A DNA stretch of 64,000 nucleotides, taken from contig CBDEFO010000004.1 in assembly GCA_965237525.1 (NCBI GenBank), positions 128,001 to 192,000 on the forward strand. The letters run 5' to 3'. Source of the DNA: Candidatus Latescibacterota bacterium. Its GTDB lineage: Bacteria > Latescibacterota > CBDEFO01. The notes under the pieces were generated by a model. It was not told where the DNA came from and did no database searches. It worked only from the letters and a program-made list of their open reading frames with translations. The position numbers were made by a program, and so were the translations under genes. Positions 21,484 to 31,464 of this stretch are shown one piece after another (the first letter of the stretch is position 1; each line of letters starts with the position of its first letter).

Positions 21484-22131
21484 CTACATCCCAGATTTAT
21501 GCTCTGATACTGCGATTACATTGGCGATGATCTCCAGACGCTGCCGGTGCTCCGACAGGAAAGCTGCCTCCTGTGGATTTTCCACAAGCGTCATTGTGAC
21601 CAAAGACAAAGCTTGGTCAACTTTACCCCCGATCACCAACTCTAAAGACTTTCCAAAGACTCCTGCTATTTGATCAAGTCTGTTTTGTACTATCTCCAGA
21701 TTGAATTTTGCATCCTGGTCATAAGCGTTTATGTCCAGCGCCTTCTTATAGGAACCAAGGGCTTCTGTTAGCATATTTTCCTTAAAGAAGGAATTTCCTA
21801 TATTGTAGTTCTTCATAGCCTCCAAAGCCGGTTCATCGGACGGCAGAGCCTTCTGATACTCCGAGATAGCCTCCTGGCGTTTGTCCTGTTTATGGAGGAC
21901 ATCTCCTGTATTTAGATGGATGCGAGATGAAGTAGGGTCTTCTATCTGAGCGTCTCGATACCACTTTTCAGCGCCCTCGTAATCCCCCTCAAAAAATAGT
22001 CTATTTCCCTCTTCCACCTTTGCTGCGACGCTATTCAGGTCATTCAGGAAACCCGCAATAGCCATCAGCGCTGAGGCCAAAAAGAGGATGATGAATATAG
22101 CCAGATGCCTTTTTGCCATTATGCGCCTCAT
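21484..22131 (-). CDS. TPR protein, BatC-like N-terminal part
   Basis: Signal/TM segment; YNIGNSFFK and DQDAKFNLE motifs. Confidence 0.75.
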   Translation of the reverse strand: MRRIMAKRHLAIFIILFLASALMAIAGFLNDLNSVAAKVEEGNRLFFEGDYEGAEKWYRDAQIEDPTSSRIHLNTGDVLHKQDKRQEAISEYQKALPSDEPALEAMKNYNIGNSFFKENMLTEALGSYKKALDINAYDQDAKFNLEIVQNRLDQIAGVFGKSLELVIGGKVDQALSLVTMTLVENPQEAAFLSEHRQRLEIIANVIAVSEHKSGM

Positions 22132-22135
22132 CCTC

Positions 22136-22666
22136 CTACCAGTCCTTTTCCGACCGGCTCCTTTGGATGCTCCGATCTCGGACATTCTTGGACACTTTCT
22201 CCTGATTCTCTATAAATAATTCCAAGAGTCTTGCTGCCTCCTTTTGGGCCTTTGTCATGCTTGTGTCGTCTCCACTTTCCTGGGAAATTTGTGAAGTATC
22301 CCCGATTGAATCTATCGGGGATTGACTCTGCGCGGCAAAAGACGTATCACTTTGAGCTTCCTGCTGATTCTGTACACCTGATGTATCAGCGTGAGTCTGT
22401 TGCTGCTGCTGATCTTGCTTTTGCATCTGTTCCATTACGCTCAAAAGAGCCGACGACTTTTGATGTTCTGGAGATACTCTAAGCGCCGCCTTCAAGTACT
22501 CTTTTGCCTCCTCCCATGCGGGGTCTTTGATCTGGCTCTTAGAGAATCGTGCGGCTCCCAGGTAGAAAAGCCGTTCTGCTCCCATGTCCGAACCGGTCTG
22601 TCCGAACGCTCTTACATGAAATAGAATAAGCAAAACGAAGAAAGCTTTTATAAATTCTTTTTTCAT
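22136..22666 (-). CDS. Exported Gln-rich protein with a BatC-like 'KDW' C-terminus
   Basis: Signal peptide, single TPR, Q-rich linker, ends in EKDW; contains the 21-bp element in frame. Confidence 0.65.
   Translation of the reverse strand: MKKEFIKAFFVLLILFHVRAFGQTGSDMGAERLFYLGAARFSKSQIKDPAWEEAKEYLKAALRVSPEHQKSSALLSVMEQMQKQDQQQQQTHADTSGVQNQQEAQSDTSFAAQSQSPIDSIGDTSQISQESGDDTSMTKAQKEAARLLELFIENQEKVSKNVRDRSIQRSRSEKDW
22300..22320. repeat. 21-bp palindromic mini-element (representative perfect copy)
   Basis: CCCCGATTGAATCTATCGGGG; copies start at 3070, 21458, 22300, 22741, 23897, 24060, 31421, 34015, 35047, 44313, 49623 and 62840. Confidence 0.9.
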
Positions 22667-22966
22667 TGTCCCTTATATTCAAAACGCGGACTTTCGGAAT
22701 GCTTACATAAAAAATACGATATCGACAGGATAAAATCAACCCCCAAATGAATCTATTGGGTTTCAGCCCCTGATTTTATAGGGGATCAACCTATTTGATA
22801 GGCAAGATGTCTGTGCGTATCAGATCGTAGGCTTATCGTTGATTCTAAAGATAGAGCCAACTGGGAATTTCCTTGTAAATAGTTCTTTACTTTGCAAGGA
22901 ACTGCACTTATCTTTGATATAAATTCTTCACAAAGTTTTGGGGCCTTAAAAAGGGAGACAGCAAAT

Positions 22967-23725
22967 ATGAGGACCAACCGTATCAAGGAAAAATTTAGAC
23001 GTGGACAGGCCGTAGCGGGCATAGGTTTATCTGTGCCGAATCCCATACTGGCAAACGCTCTCTCCAAGGTGGGTTTTGACTTTATGCTTTTCGATATGGA
23101 GCACTCATCCGTAGATAGAGCCGTTCTACCCTCTTTGATGATAGCCATTGAAGCCTCAGAAACAGAGGCGATAGTACGAGTTCCGTGGAACGATTTTGTG
23201 ATAGTAAAGCAGGTTCTGGACTCCGGAGTCTACAATATAATCTTCCCCATGATAAACAGCGCCGAGGAGGCCCGTCAGGCAGTTGCAGCGACCAGGTATC
23301 CGCCCGATGGGATAAGGGGCAGCGGACCCTGGCTCTCATCAGGATATGGTGCCTATACCGCCGAATATATGAAAAGATCCAACGATGAAGTCGGCGTCTT
23401 CATCCAGATAGAGCAGCAGAAGGCTGTGGACAACATGGAGGAGATTCTGTCCGTGGAGGGAGTTTATGGGACGTTCTGCGGGCCTTCCGATCTGAGTTTT
23501 TCACTTGGCAAGTTCCCCGGGGAGGCAGTTGGAGAGGTCACAGAGAGGTTCGAAAAGATCATGGAAGTGTGCCAGAAGAATAATGTAGCCTTCGGGTTGT
23601 CCACATCAGGTCCCGATGACGCTAAATCCTGGCTCAACAAAGGAGCTAAGCTTGTGACTCTCGGAGGGGACATGGGGTTTGCGCTGGACGGCGCAAGGAA
23701 GGCGTTGGACACTGTAAGAGGTTGA
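22967..23725 (+). CDS. HpcH/HpaI aldolase family
   Basis: FDMEH, VRVPWND, RYPPDGIRG, IQIE and GPSDLS motifs. Confidence 0.92.
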   Translation: MRTNRIKEKFRRGQAVAGIGLSVPNPILANALSKVGFDFMLFDMEHSSVDRAVLPSLMIAIEASETEAIVRVPWNDFVIVKQVLDSGVYNIIFPMINSAEEARQAVAATRYPPDGIRGSGPWLSSGYGAYTAEYMKRSNDEVGVFIQIEQQKAVDNMEEILSVEGVYGTFCGPSDLSFSLGKFPGEAVGEVTERFEKIMEVCQKNNVAFGLSTSGPDDAKSWLNKGAKLVTLGGDMGFALDGARKALDTVRG

Positions 23726-23837
23726 ATATTGGCTCCTGCAAAAGAGAAAAGACCTGCTGTGTTTCATCAATTCTCCTTCAGTGATTCCCCCGAAAAAGTC
23801 GTAGCGGCAGAGGCTGTATTTTTCAAGGTGTTTCAAC

Positions 23838-24380
23838 TCACAGACACTCCATCCCCCTTGTTCCCAGACCCTCTGGGAGCCGACAGACGTTTTTGTCCCC
23901 GATAGATTCAATCGGGGATTGAGCTATGTAGATATAATACCTCACAGAGGGATATCGCATCACCTGGATGTCCACAGTTCCATCTGACGGAGTCCAACAG
24001 CCTATAACCAGATCGGGGTTATATCTTTCCAGTGCCCCCTTTGCACTCATCCTCTGAATCCTTGATAGATTCAATCCGGGAATGGGAGGGGCTATGTCCT
24101 TCCAGTCTCCAGAGTCGACAGCTATGACATTGTGGCCCTCTTTGTGCATCCCTAAACTCAAAAGACCGACCCCTGCGCATACTTCTAGGACATTGTTGAC
24201 ATCCAATCGCCTTATCTGATCCGATAGAAGACGCACAAATTCCTGCGTGGGAAGGTGATATATCTCCCAATGCTCACAGTAATCGAGCCAGGAGTCTATG
24301 CCATCTACAGCCCCCGATTCACAGAGCCTGATATGCTCTAGGGCGTCTTTGTAGCTTGGAAGTTTGAGACGTGAATCCAC
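23838..24380 (-). CDS. SAM-dependent methyltransferase-like protein; true C-terminus probably continues in the 23606-23911 frame
   Basis: VLEVCAGVGLL...IAVD motif I; contains two copies of the 21-bp element. Confidence 0.6.
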   Translation of the reverse strand: MDSRLKLPSYKDALEHIRLCESGAVDGIDSWLDYCEHWEIYHLPTQEFVRLLSDQIRRLDVNNVLEVCAGVGLLSLGMHKEGHNVIAVDSGDWKDIAPPIPGLNLSRIQRMSAKGALERYNPDLVIGCWTPSDGTVDIQVMRYPSVRYYIYIAQSPIESIGDKNVCRLPEGLGTRGMECL

Positions 24381-25153
24381 GTTCTACGCAACGTTTCTAC
24401 GAATGGGGGACGCTTCCAGGAGGGGCCACGAGTTTCTCTAAAGTAGGTATGGATGCGCTTCGGGAGATCTTCCGGGAGCGGAGGCAGTGCGGGGAAACGC
24501 GTCCGGACCTTTTGTTCCAGAGCAGAAAGGTCGGACGGGACCATCTGGAGGATTTCTGTGAGGCATCCGGAGGCGATTTGGTTGTTGAGTCTGCAGATGC
24601 AGTCGTTGGCCCCTTCCAGGAAGTCCAGATATTTGGAGATGAGCGCCTCGACGCGGCGATTGTAGCGTGAGATTAGAGACTGCAGGCATTCGATCTGTCC
24701 GAGGACACGTCCCAGGTTCGGCCTCGAACCTGCCGTCGGCTCGGCGAAGAAGGGAGGCCAGAAGTCGAGGCCGAGGAATCTCGTGAGAGTCTGCCGATTT
24801 AGAAAGCATGCCACTAAAGGGATGCACTTCCGGCGGATTTCTTCCCCGATGTCCTTTAGGACTTTCGCCTCCCTGATCAGGAGTCCCTCAGCGTCCTGTC
24901 GCAGTTCCTCCGCTTCTTTGCGGTCCTGAAGGGGCTCAGGTAAAAGCTGGTTATCCTTGAGGAGCCTGTAGGCGATGCGGTGTTCCGGACCGCTGGCAAA
25001 ATAGTCCTCCAAGTCGAGAGGTCTTCCCCTGCCCGGGAGATCGTTGAAGTCCCCCCCGGCGATCGCGTCACGGAGAATTTCATCTATACTTCTATGCTCC
25101 GGGCGACCGTCGGACTGTAGGAATTTAGGCCTTTCTTCGGCCATAAGGATCAT
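24338..25153 (-). CDS. DUF1992 (DnaJC28-like) domain protein
   Basis: IDEILRDAIAGGDFNDLPGRGRPL...AYRLLKDNQLLP. Confidence 0.75.
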   Translation of the reverse strand: MILMAEERPKFLQSDGRPEHRSIDEILRDAIAGGDFNDLPGRGRPLDLEDYFASGPEHRIAYRLLKDNQLLPEPLQDRKEAEELRQDAEGLLIREAKVLKDIGEEIRRKCIPLVACFLNRQTLTRFLGLDFWPPFFAEPTAGSRPNLGRVLGQIECLQSLISRYNRRVEALISKYLDFLEGANDCICRLNNQIASGCLTEILQMVPSDLSALEQKVRTRFPALPPLPEDLPKRIHTYFRETRGPSWKRPPFVETLRRTWIHVSNFQATKTP

Positions 25154-25510
25154 CTCCTGACTCTTTCCTACAGCTTACGTGTAATTATGACAAAAAATAG
25201 AGATTTGTAAAGGCGTCTATCTAAATCTCGATCTTGCGCAAACCTAAGCCCAAATAAAGGGGATCTCTCTGTTCTCCACGTTTCCCTCCTCGGCACAAGC
25301 TCCAGAGGTACAGACTTTGTACGTAGGGCTTCCTTTAAGGCGATTCAACATTAAGCCACAGTCCCGTACAGCGTGAACCTATTCTTCCGATAGATCACGG
25401 GAGCTAAGTGTTCGAGGATTGAATTTTCAAATTGGATGACAAGTGACTGTTTTACAATATAATATAACAGAACACCGTCCAGATTCACATGCAGCAGGGG
25501 ATTATCCAAT

Positions 25511-25822
25511 CTATCCGTACTTCTTGACCGCTTCCTCGATGGCTGGTACTGCCTTCATCAGGTCCTCGGGAAGCATGACCGGGATGAGTTCGACGGCGGC
25601 ATTGAAGGCAAGGAACCATGGCTCCGCTATCGCCGGCATTTGCGAAGTGTCCTGCATATCCAGGATGATATAAGCTGCCCTCTTCCCGTTCTCCGCCACG
25701 AAGTACACTGCCTCGGGCTTTAGGTCGGCGAGGATGGACTCGACAATTTCGCCCATTCGGCCTTCCTTTATTGCTGCATTGCTGGCCTCAACATCCCAGA
25801 CAGCCTTGAATAAGAAACGCAT
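25511..25822 (-). CDS. Small conserved hypothetical protein (DUF3303-like)
   Basis: LKPEAVYF..NGKR, IAEPWF and PVM.PEDL pattern. Confidence 0.65.
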   Translation of the reverse strand: MRFLFKAVWDVEASNAAIKEGRMGEIVESILADLKPEAVYFVAENGKRAAYIILDMQDTSQMPAIAEPWFLAFNAAVELIPVMLPEDLMKAVPAIEEAVKKYG

Positions 25823-25885
25823 AGAATACCTCCTTTTGAGTAAGTTGAACATATACAAGCAACAACGAAACGCTGTCAGTCTAAC

Positions 25886-27058
25886 TTAAACACTCGGTCC
25901 GATGCGGTTGATGGCAAAAGCGTTGTATTCTTTCAAGATCTCGGCTTTCGTCATTTTTCCGGAAGCGGTGTCCAACAATTCGTTATATATTCTCTCCCCC
26001 GCTTCCTCTATCGAGGTGCCTTCAGAGAAGATGTCCGACAGGTCCACTTCCATTGTGGGTTTCATCAGCTCGAAGGATTCCCTGTGACCCGTAACCCGTA
26101 TTGTGATCATCAGTGGATGATTTATAGTGTGTCCTCCTCCCGTTGAGAAGAACATAATCTGCGCGCCGCCTGCCGCTATTCCCGTGATAGATTCGCCTCC
26201 GTGACCGGGTGTATCCATAATGTAGAGCCCTGGCTCTTTCCCCGGAGTTTGGGCGTACTCGATCACATCTATGATGGGCTTTGTGCCGCTCTTTTGAATA
26301 GCTCCTATCGATTTTTCCTCGATTGTTGAAAGTCCCCCCGCGATATTATCCCCTGTGGGCTGAGATCCCCTCAGATCGACTCCGTACTCCAGTATCTTCT
26401 TTTCCATAGCCTCTACAATATCGTATATCTTCTGAGCTACTTCTTCATTTACAGCCCTTCGGGCAAGCACGTCCTCACCTCCCATCATCTCTGTGGTCTC
26501 AGCTAATATAGACCTTCCGCCCTGGTCAATCATCATATCTGAGCAGTACCCCACAGCGGGATTGGACGCAAGGCCTGATGTGGTATCCGACGTTCCGCAG
26601 TTTAATCCTAACAGTATGTTGGAGACTCTTACTTCTTCTCTCAGGTTCGACGTGATCTCGCGTTGCATATCTATTCCCAGAGATATGCATTTGGAGGTAG
26701 CCTCCACAGCGCCTCCTGAAGCCCTGATGTTGACGGCTTCGACGGGCTTTCCCGTCTTGGAGATTTCGTGTGCTATCTCCTCGGCGGTGCAGCCCTGCTC
26801 CTTGAAGTGGTCAACGACGATGACTGCGCCGGCGTTCGGATTGGCGCCGTGGCCGACCAAGGTGTCAAACGTCTGTTTCAAATCGGGCGCTATCTGACAT
26901 CTCCCCAGAGGATGGACAATAGGAATTGTATTATCGAGTATATTTGCCACACGCTCGCATAGGGTATTGGCGTATAGGGTCCCCGAAAGCATCAAAAGGT
27001 AGTTTCTTACTCCTACGGAGCTGTCCTCTCGAACATATCCCCAGAATGTGTCTCTCAT
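25886..27058 (-). CDS. UxaA-family dehydratase/lyase, large subunit
   Basis: VGVRN, CGTSDTTSG.ASNP, GGLSTIEEKS.G and MDTPG motifs. Confidence 0.88.
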   Translation of the reverse strand: MRDTFWGYVREDSSVGVRNYLLMLSGTLYANTLCERVANILDNTIPIVHPLGRCQIAPDLKQTFDTLVGHGANPNAGAVIVVDHFKEQGCTAEEIAHEISKTGKPVEAVNIRASGGAVEATSKCISLGIDMQREITSNLREEVRVSNILLGLNCGTSDTTSGLASNPAVGYCSDMMIDQGGRSILAETTEMMGGEDVLARRAVNEEVAQKIYDIVEAMEKKILEYGVDLRGSQPTGDNIAGGLSTIEEKSIGAIQKSGTKPIIDVIEYAQTPGKEPGLYIMDTPGHGGESITGIAAGGAQIMFFSTGGGHTINHPLMITIRVTGHRESFELMKPTMEVDLSDIFSEGTSIEEAGERIYNELLDTASGKMTKAEILKEYNAFAINRIGPSV

Positions 27059-27059
27059 T

Positions 27060-27362
27060 TTACTTTTCCTTTTTTAAATCGCCGCGTCCTCTGTCGCTCT
27101 CGATGTTGTGAACGTGAACGTAGTCCCCCGCCTTGATGTCCACAGAAGCAGAGCCTATAGCCAGACCATACTTAAATACGGTCTCTCCCCTTTTTATATC
27201 CTCAAGGGCAATCTTATGACCGTAGGGGATGTCTTCTTCTGCGACAAATTCCAGATCCACGCCCTTGGCCCTGGCCTTTATCTGGTCTCCCTTCTTCACA
27301 TCACCTATCAGGGTAGCTACATTGTCCTGTTCTTGAACGATGACGTGGGCAATAGCTGGCAT
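27060..27362 (-). CDS. UxaA-family SAF-domain small subunit
   Basis: DNVAT, IPYGHKIAL, KYG..IG and VHVHN motifs. Confidence 0.88.
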   Translation of the reverse strand: MPAIAHVIVQEQDNVATLIGDVKKGDQIKARAKGVDLEFVAEEDIPYGHKIALEDIKRGETVFKYGLAIGSASVDIKAGDYVHVHNIESDRGRGDLKKEK

Positions 27363-27380
27363 AGCCTCTGTCCCTCCTTT

Positions 27381-28322
27381 TTACCTTAGAAACTTATCTC
27401 TCATACTGAAATATCTTTGCCCAGTATCTGGCAGGATCGTCACAACCCTTTTACCTTCGCCCAGCCTTTCTGCTATCTTCATCGCACCAAAGACATTTGC
27501 CCCTGACGATATTCCCATTAGTGCCCCTTCTTTCCTTGCGATCAACTCTGCAGTTTTAAAGGCGTCCTCATCGCTTACTGCTATCACCTCGTCCACCACG
27601 TCCATACCGAGCACCTCGGGTACGAAGCCTGCGCCTATGCCCTGAATATCGTGGAGTCCGGGCTTTCCGCCCGACAGAACTGCTGACTTAGCAGGTTCGA
27701 TCCCGACTATTAACACACCCTTGAGCTTTTCTTTTAGGGTCTGTCCCACGCCTGTTATAGTCCCCCCTGTACCTATTCCTGCAACGAAAGCGTCCAGTTT
27801 GCCTTCCGTTTCTGAGAGGATCTCCATCGCAGTGGTTTTCCTGTGCGCCTCGGGATTTGCGAGGTTTGTAAACTGGTGAGGCATAAAGCAATTCGAATTG
27901 TTCTCTACGATCTTCACCGCCACTTTTACCGCCCCCTTCATGTCCTCCTCTCCCGGTGTCAGGACTATCTCCGCCCCGTAAGCGGCCAAGAAATTCCTCC
28001 GCTCCATGCTCATGGTCTCTGGCATCGTCAAGATCAATCTGTAGCCCTTAACAGCCGCGACCATCGCCAGACCTATGCCCGTATTTCCGCTCGTCGGCTC
28101 GACTATGGTATAGCCCTCCTTCAATTTTCCCGATCTTTCGGCCTCCTCTATCATCGCAAGACATATCCTATCCTTTACAGAACCTCCGGGGTTCAGGTCC
28201 TCCAGTTTAGCGCATATCTCTGCCCAACCATTCTTTCTGATCCTGTCGAGACGGATCATGGGAGTTTTGCCTACTAACTCTAAGATACTCTCTTCGGCTA
28301 CTCTCAATATATCTCCTCCCAA
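27381..28322 (-). CDS. cysK: Cysteine synthase A
   Basis: NPGGSVKDR, EPTSGNTG, GTGGT and HDIQGIGAG motifs. Confidence 0.95.
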   Translation of the reverse strand: MGGDILRVAEESILELVGKTPMIRLDRIRKNGWAEICAKLEDLNPGGSVKDRICLAMIEEAERSGKLKEGYTIVEPTSGNTGIGLAMVAAVKGYRLILTMPETMSMERRNFLAAYGAEIVLTPGEEDMKGAVKVAVKIVENNSNCFMPHQFTNLANPEAHRKTTAMEILSETEGKLDAFVAGIGTGGTITGVGQTLKEKLKGVLIVGIEPAKSAVLSGGKPGLHDIQGIGAGFVPEVLGMDVVDEVIAVSDEDAFKTAELIARKEGALMGISSGANVFGAMKIAERLGEGKRVVTILPDTGQRYFSMRDKFLR

Positions 28323-28676
28323 GCAAGCTGACAGTAGTCAGCCGACGGGGTATTCCCCCTTCCCATCCCCTGAGATTGCTTCGTCAGACAGGGCGGAGTG
28401 GGTGCTTTGCTGAGGAGGCAAGAATCCGCGAAGCGGTCTGACCCACAAGTTTCATCCTGTACAAAGCTAGTCTTGATAATGTGATTGGTAGGTCAGACAT
28501 CTTAGTCTTCCTGCTGACCCCAGGGACTTCATCGCGAGGCGGAGTGGGTGCTGCGAGCGTTGCTACCACCACTTTTTGTAGGGGCACGGAATCCCAGCAA
28601 GGCACGCAATGGCGAAGTATGCGAAGTAATCTCACGACAGTAGTCAACGGAGAGGAGATGCCCATTATGCTGTCTA

Positions 28677-29687
28677 CTATTTTGAGATAGGTATTGCCGA
28701 GTTAAGAATCGGATAATATGGCGGATCCAGCGTCTGCTCGTCGCGCCAGTTATCGAGCTGACTGACGCGTTGAACGCATCCTATCGTACAGAATTTGCTG
28801 CAGAGCTTCTTCCGGCTGTACTCCTGTTGAATATTCCAGTTGGTGTACTCCTCAAGGGGTATACCCGGATTTCCGCGCTGTTGCGAACAGTAGTGGACAA
28901 GTCCATCTTCGCATATGTAGAGATAACGTGCACCGGCGCGACATTTCCAATCCACGTGCCCGTTTTTCACAAGTTCATCTTGGAATCTATTGTTGACGAC
29001 GTACGACCAGAAGTTGTTTGGATACCTCTCTTTTATCTGTCTGTAGACCTGGCAGGCCTTCTCGGACAGTGGCTTCATGAATCCGTCTTGTTGATGAATA
29101 ATGCCTATCGAATGCGAAAAGCCATATTGAACAGCGCGCTCTGAAATCAACAAGGCATCCTCAGCACGATCGTGCAAGGCACCTAAAACGCAATTGATGT
29201 TCACTTTGAAGTCCGCATAATCGGCAAGTAACTTAAGCTTTTTGTCCAGAACTTTTAAGCTTTTGACAGAGACTTCGTCCGGCTTGGCGTTGTCGATGCT
29301 GATCTGCATATGCTGCAGGCCGGACTCGTTAAGTTCCCTGATGCGATCTTTGGTAAGTAGATAGGCATTTGTAATCACACCTGCGACCATACGATGGAAA
29401 CGGATCCTTTCGATAACCTCTGACAGCTGAGGGTGCAAAAGGGGCTCGCCACCGGTAATCGTTATAGAAGCGGTCTTCAGTTCTTTGAGCCGGTCAATAC
29501 GTGCGAATAGATCAGGAATAGGAACCGGATCCGATGTTTGATCGTATTCGTTACAATAGGTGCAGCTGAGGTTACATCTCCTTATGGCGACTATCTGGGC
29601 ATTGATAGGGTGTTTGGTAGAAATCAGTGCGCGCAACAACTGTCTTGCTTCTTCCACCGTCAGGCGCACCTTAGATAGCCATTTCAT
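28677..29687 (-). CDS. Radical SAM protein with C-terminal Cys cluster
   Basis: CNLSCTYC, TGGEP, CRAGARY..., C..FCTIGC motifs. Confidence 0.9.
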   Translation of the reverse strand: MKWLSKVRLTVEEARQLLRALISTKHPINAQIVAIRRCNLSCTYCNEYDQTSDPVPIPDLFARIDRLKELKTASITITGGEPLLHPQLSEVIERIRFHRMVAGVITNAYLLTKDRIRELNESGLQHMQISIDNAKPDEVSVKSLKVLDKKLKLLADYADFKVNINCVLGALHDRAEDALLISERAVQYGFSHSIGIIHQQDGFMKPLSEKACQVYRQIKERYPNNFWSYVVNNRFQDELVKNGHVDWKCRAGARYLYICEDGLVHYCSQQRGNPGIPLEEYTNWNIQQEYSRKKLCSKFCTIGCVQRVSQLDNWRDEQTLDPPYYPILNSAIPISK

Positions 29688-29749
29688 AGTGCCCCCCTAT
29701 ATCTATAAAGACTGTAGTAGGTAGTCTCTGCGACTTTGAGCCTTTGTCA

Positions 29750-31168
29750 TCAGACAAAGGCCTCTCCGTCTATTTCACAGTTGTTCTTTTTCCCCATCAA
29801 TTTTAAGATGGAGGGAAAAATGTCAGCTGTCCTCAATTTCGTCCTTTTTATCTTATAGTTAATCAAAAAAGGGACGTGCATATGCTCTTTATGCATAGAG
29901 CCGTGAGATGATTTATGTTCGGGACTTTCGGACTCTGCCCTCCTCAGGTCGAACCCCTTATTGGCGCTCAAGACAATGTCACCACACCTTTTCGACTTAA
30001 ATATCTGAAGGAGCTGGATCGGGGTGTCAGGGTGCTCGGTATCGAACGTGGCCTGCAATACTTCTTGGTGTGTCATCCTTTCGGGCAGAGGATCGTATCC
30101 TGAGGGGTCTTCTCCTTCGACGCTGTAGATCACGGTGTTACCTTCACTTTTGATCTTTGCCTCTCCGTTTGGACCGGTTATGCGGATCGCTTCATTTTGA
30201 TCCTTGCTGGCGATCCATGCCACTTCATCTCTTTTTACCAGATCTGTGATGAGGTCCGGCGCGATGTTCCGAATCTCATCGTGATGTGTTCTCCTTGACC
30301 ATCCGTCGCAGTTTTTCAGATAGACGTTAGCCATTCCGTTGCCCGACTCCATGACCACAGCGTCGAAGCCGTTTCTGGATATCCTTGGATAGTGAAACGT
30401 CTTTAGCCCTCTGTTTTCCACAAATTCCACCAGATCAAAATGCGTATGGGTCTCGGTCAACCCGTGATCGCTGGCAATGATAAGCAGTGTGTCCTGGAGC
30501 CTGCCTATCTTTTTTAGTGCCTCGCCTGTTCTGCCCACAGCTTCATCTATCCTTCTGTAGGAGGCGAGAACCTCCTGGGAAAACGGAGACCCGATGTGCG
30601 AAAGTCCGTCAATTGCAGGAAAGACAGCATACACAAAGTCGGGACGCCTCCCAAGGGCTATCTCCAACAAGCGAGCCGCCGTCTTGTCCACAATAGGCCA
30701 AGGGTGAGCAAAGTGTCCCAAAAGCCAAAAGAACGCCTTCAGAACGTTTACTCTTTTGCCCCAAAATCCAGCTCCCCTGCTCAGAGAGCTGAAGATGTTG
30801 ACAGAGTTATCGGCTATCTCGAAAAGGGTCGTACGATCTTTATCGATGTCCCTGTTCATAAGGTAGTTGCCAGGGCCTATGTAACTTCTGAATCTGTACA
30901 AGCTGAAAAGGCCCTGCCTGAAATATCTTTCTCTATCGAACCACCTGATCCCAGGCAAGTTGCACGAACCGGGGAAGCAACCGGTGAGAAAAGGCAGGTA
31001 TGCCGGGCCTGTGGTGGATGGAAAAGCTGTCACCGCCCGAGTATAGGTCCCATCTTCAAGTACATATTTTTGTATGTTGGGCAATTTGCCAGCAGACAGC
31101 ATCTCCTCTGTGACATCAGCCCTTGCCCCATCAGCTAAGAAGATAATACAGGAATTGAATCTTTTCAT
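29750..31168 (-). CDS. Alkaline phosphatase superfamily / nucleotide pyrophosphatase-phosphodiesterase
   Basis: ADGAR, FPSTTGP, D..SH, SDHG and HGS motifs. Confidence 0.85.
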   Translation of the reverse strand: MKRFNSCIIFLADGARADVTEEMLSAGKLPNIQKYVLEDGTYTRAVTAFPSTTGPAYLPFLTGCFPGSCNLPGIRWFDRERYFRQGLFSLYRFRSYIGPGNYLMNRDIDKDRTTLFEIADNSVNIFSSLSRGAGFWGKRVNVLKAFFWLLGHFAHPWPIVDKTAARLLEIALGRRPDFVYAVFPAIDGLSHIGSPFSQEVLASYRRIDEAVGRTGEALKKIGRLQDTLLIIASDHGLTETHTHFDLVEFVENRGLKTFHYPRISRNGFDAVVMESGNGMANVYLKNCDGWSRRTHHDEIRNIAPDLITDLVKRDEVAWIASKDQNEAIRITGPNGEAKIKSEGNTVIYSVEGEDPSGYDPLPERMTHQEVLQATFDTEHPDTPIQLLQIFKSKRCGDIVLSANKGFDLRRAESESPEHKSSHGSMHKEHMHVPFLINYKIKRTKLRTADIFPSILKLMGKKNNCEIDGEAFV

Positions 31169-31323
31169 ATTCCACTGGGTTAGTAGAGACTGAGGGTTGT
31201 AAATAGGACACCCTTCTGTCTCTACCCGCTCTCCTCTTTAGGCCTAATAATTAACAAAAAAAGGCCGTGTATTAATTAAGGCATTGTACTATATTATAGT
31301 TATGCCGTTTAACCACCTTCGGT

Positions 31324-31464
31324 GTCATTGCGAGCCGGAGGCGAAGCAATCTCCATTCTGTGGTAGATGTAATACTCTCCGGCTCTCATAGGAGATCACT
31401 ATAAAACCTTGAGATTGCTTACCCGATAGACTCAATCGGGGACCGCTTTGCTGGTCGCAATGAC
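31324..31464. repeat. GTCATTGCGAG..GAAGCAATCTC / GAGATTGCTT..TCGCAATGAC palindromic repeat with a nested 21-bp element
   Basis: Inverted halves at 31324-31353 and 31411-31464; related copies at 50135-50186, 62825-62889 and ~28372. Confidence 0.7.

Noticed and set aside
28330..28660. SAM riboswitch or T-box upstream of cysK
   Set aside because: No recognisable consensus on the minus strand; the region looks like REP debris
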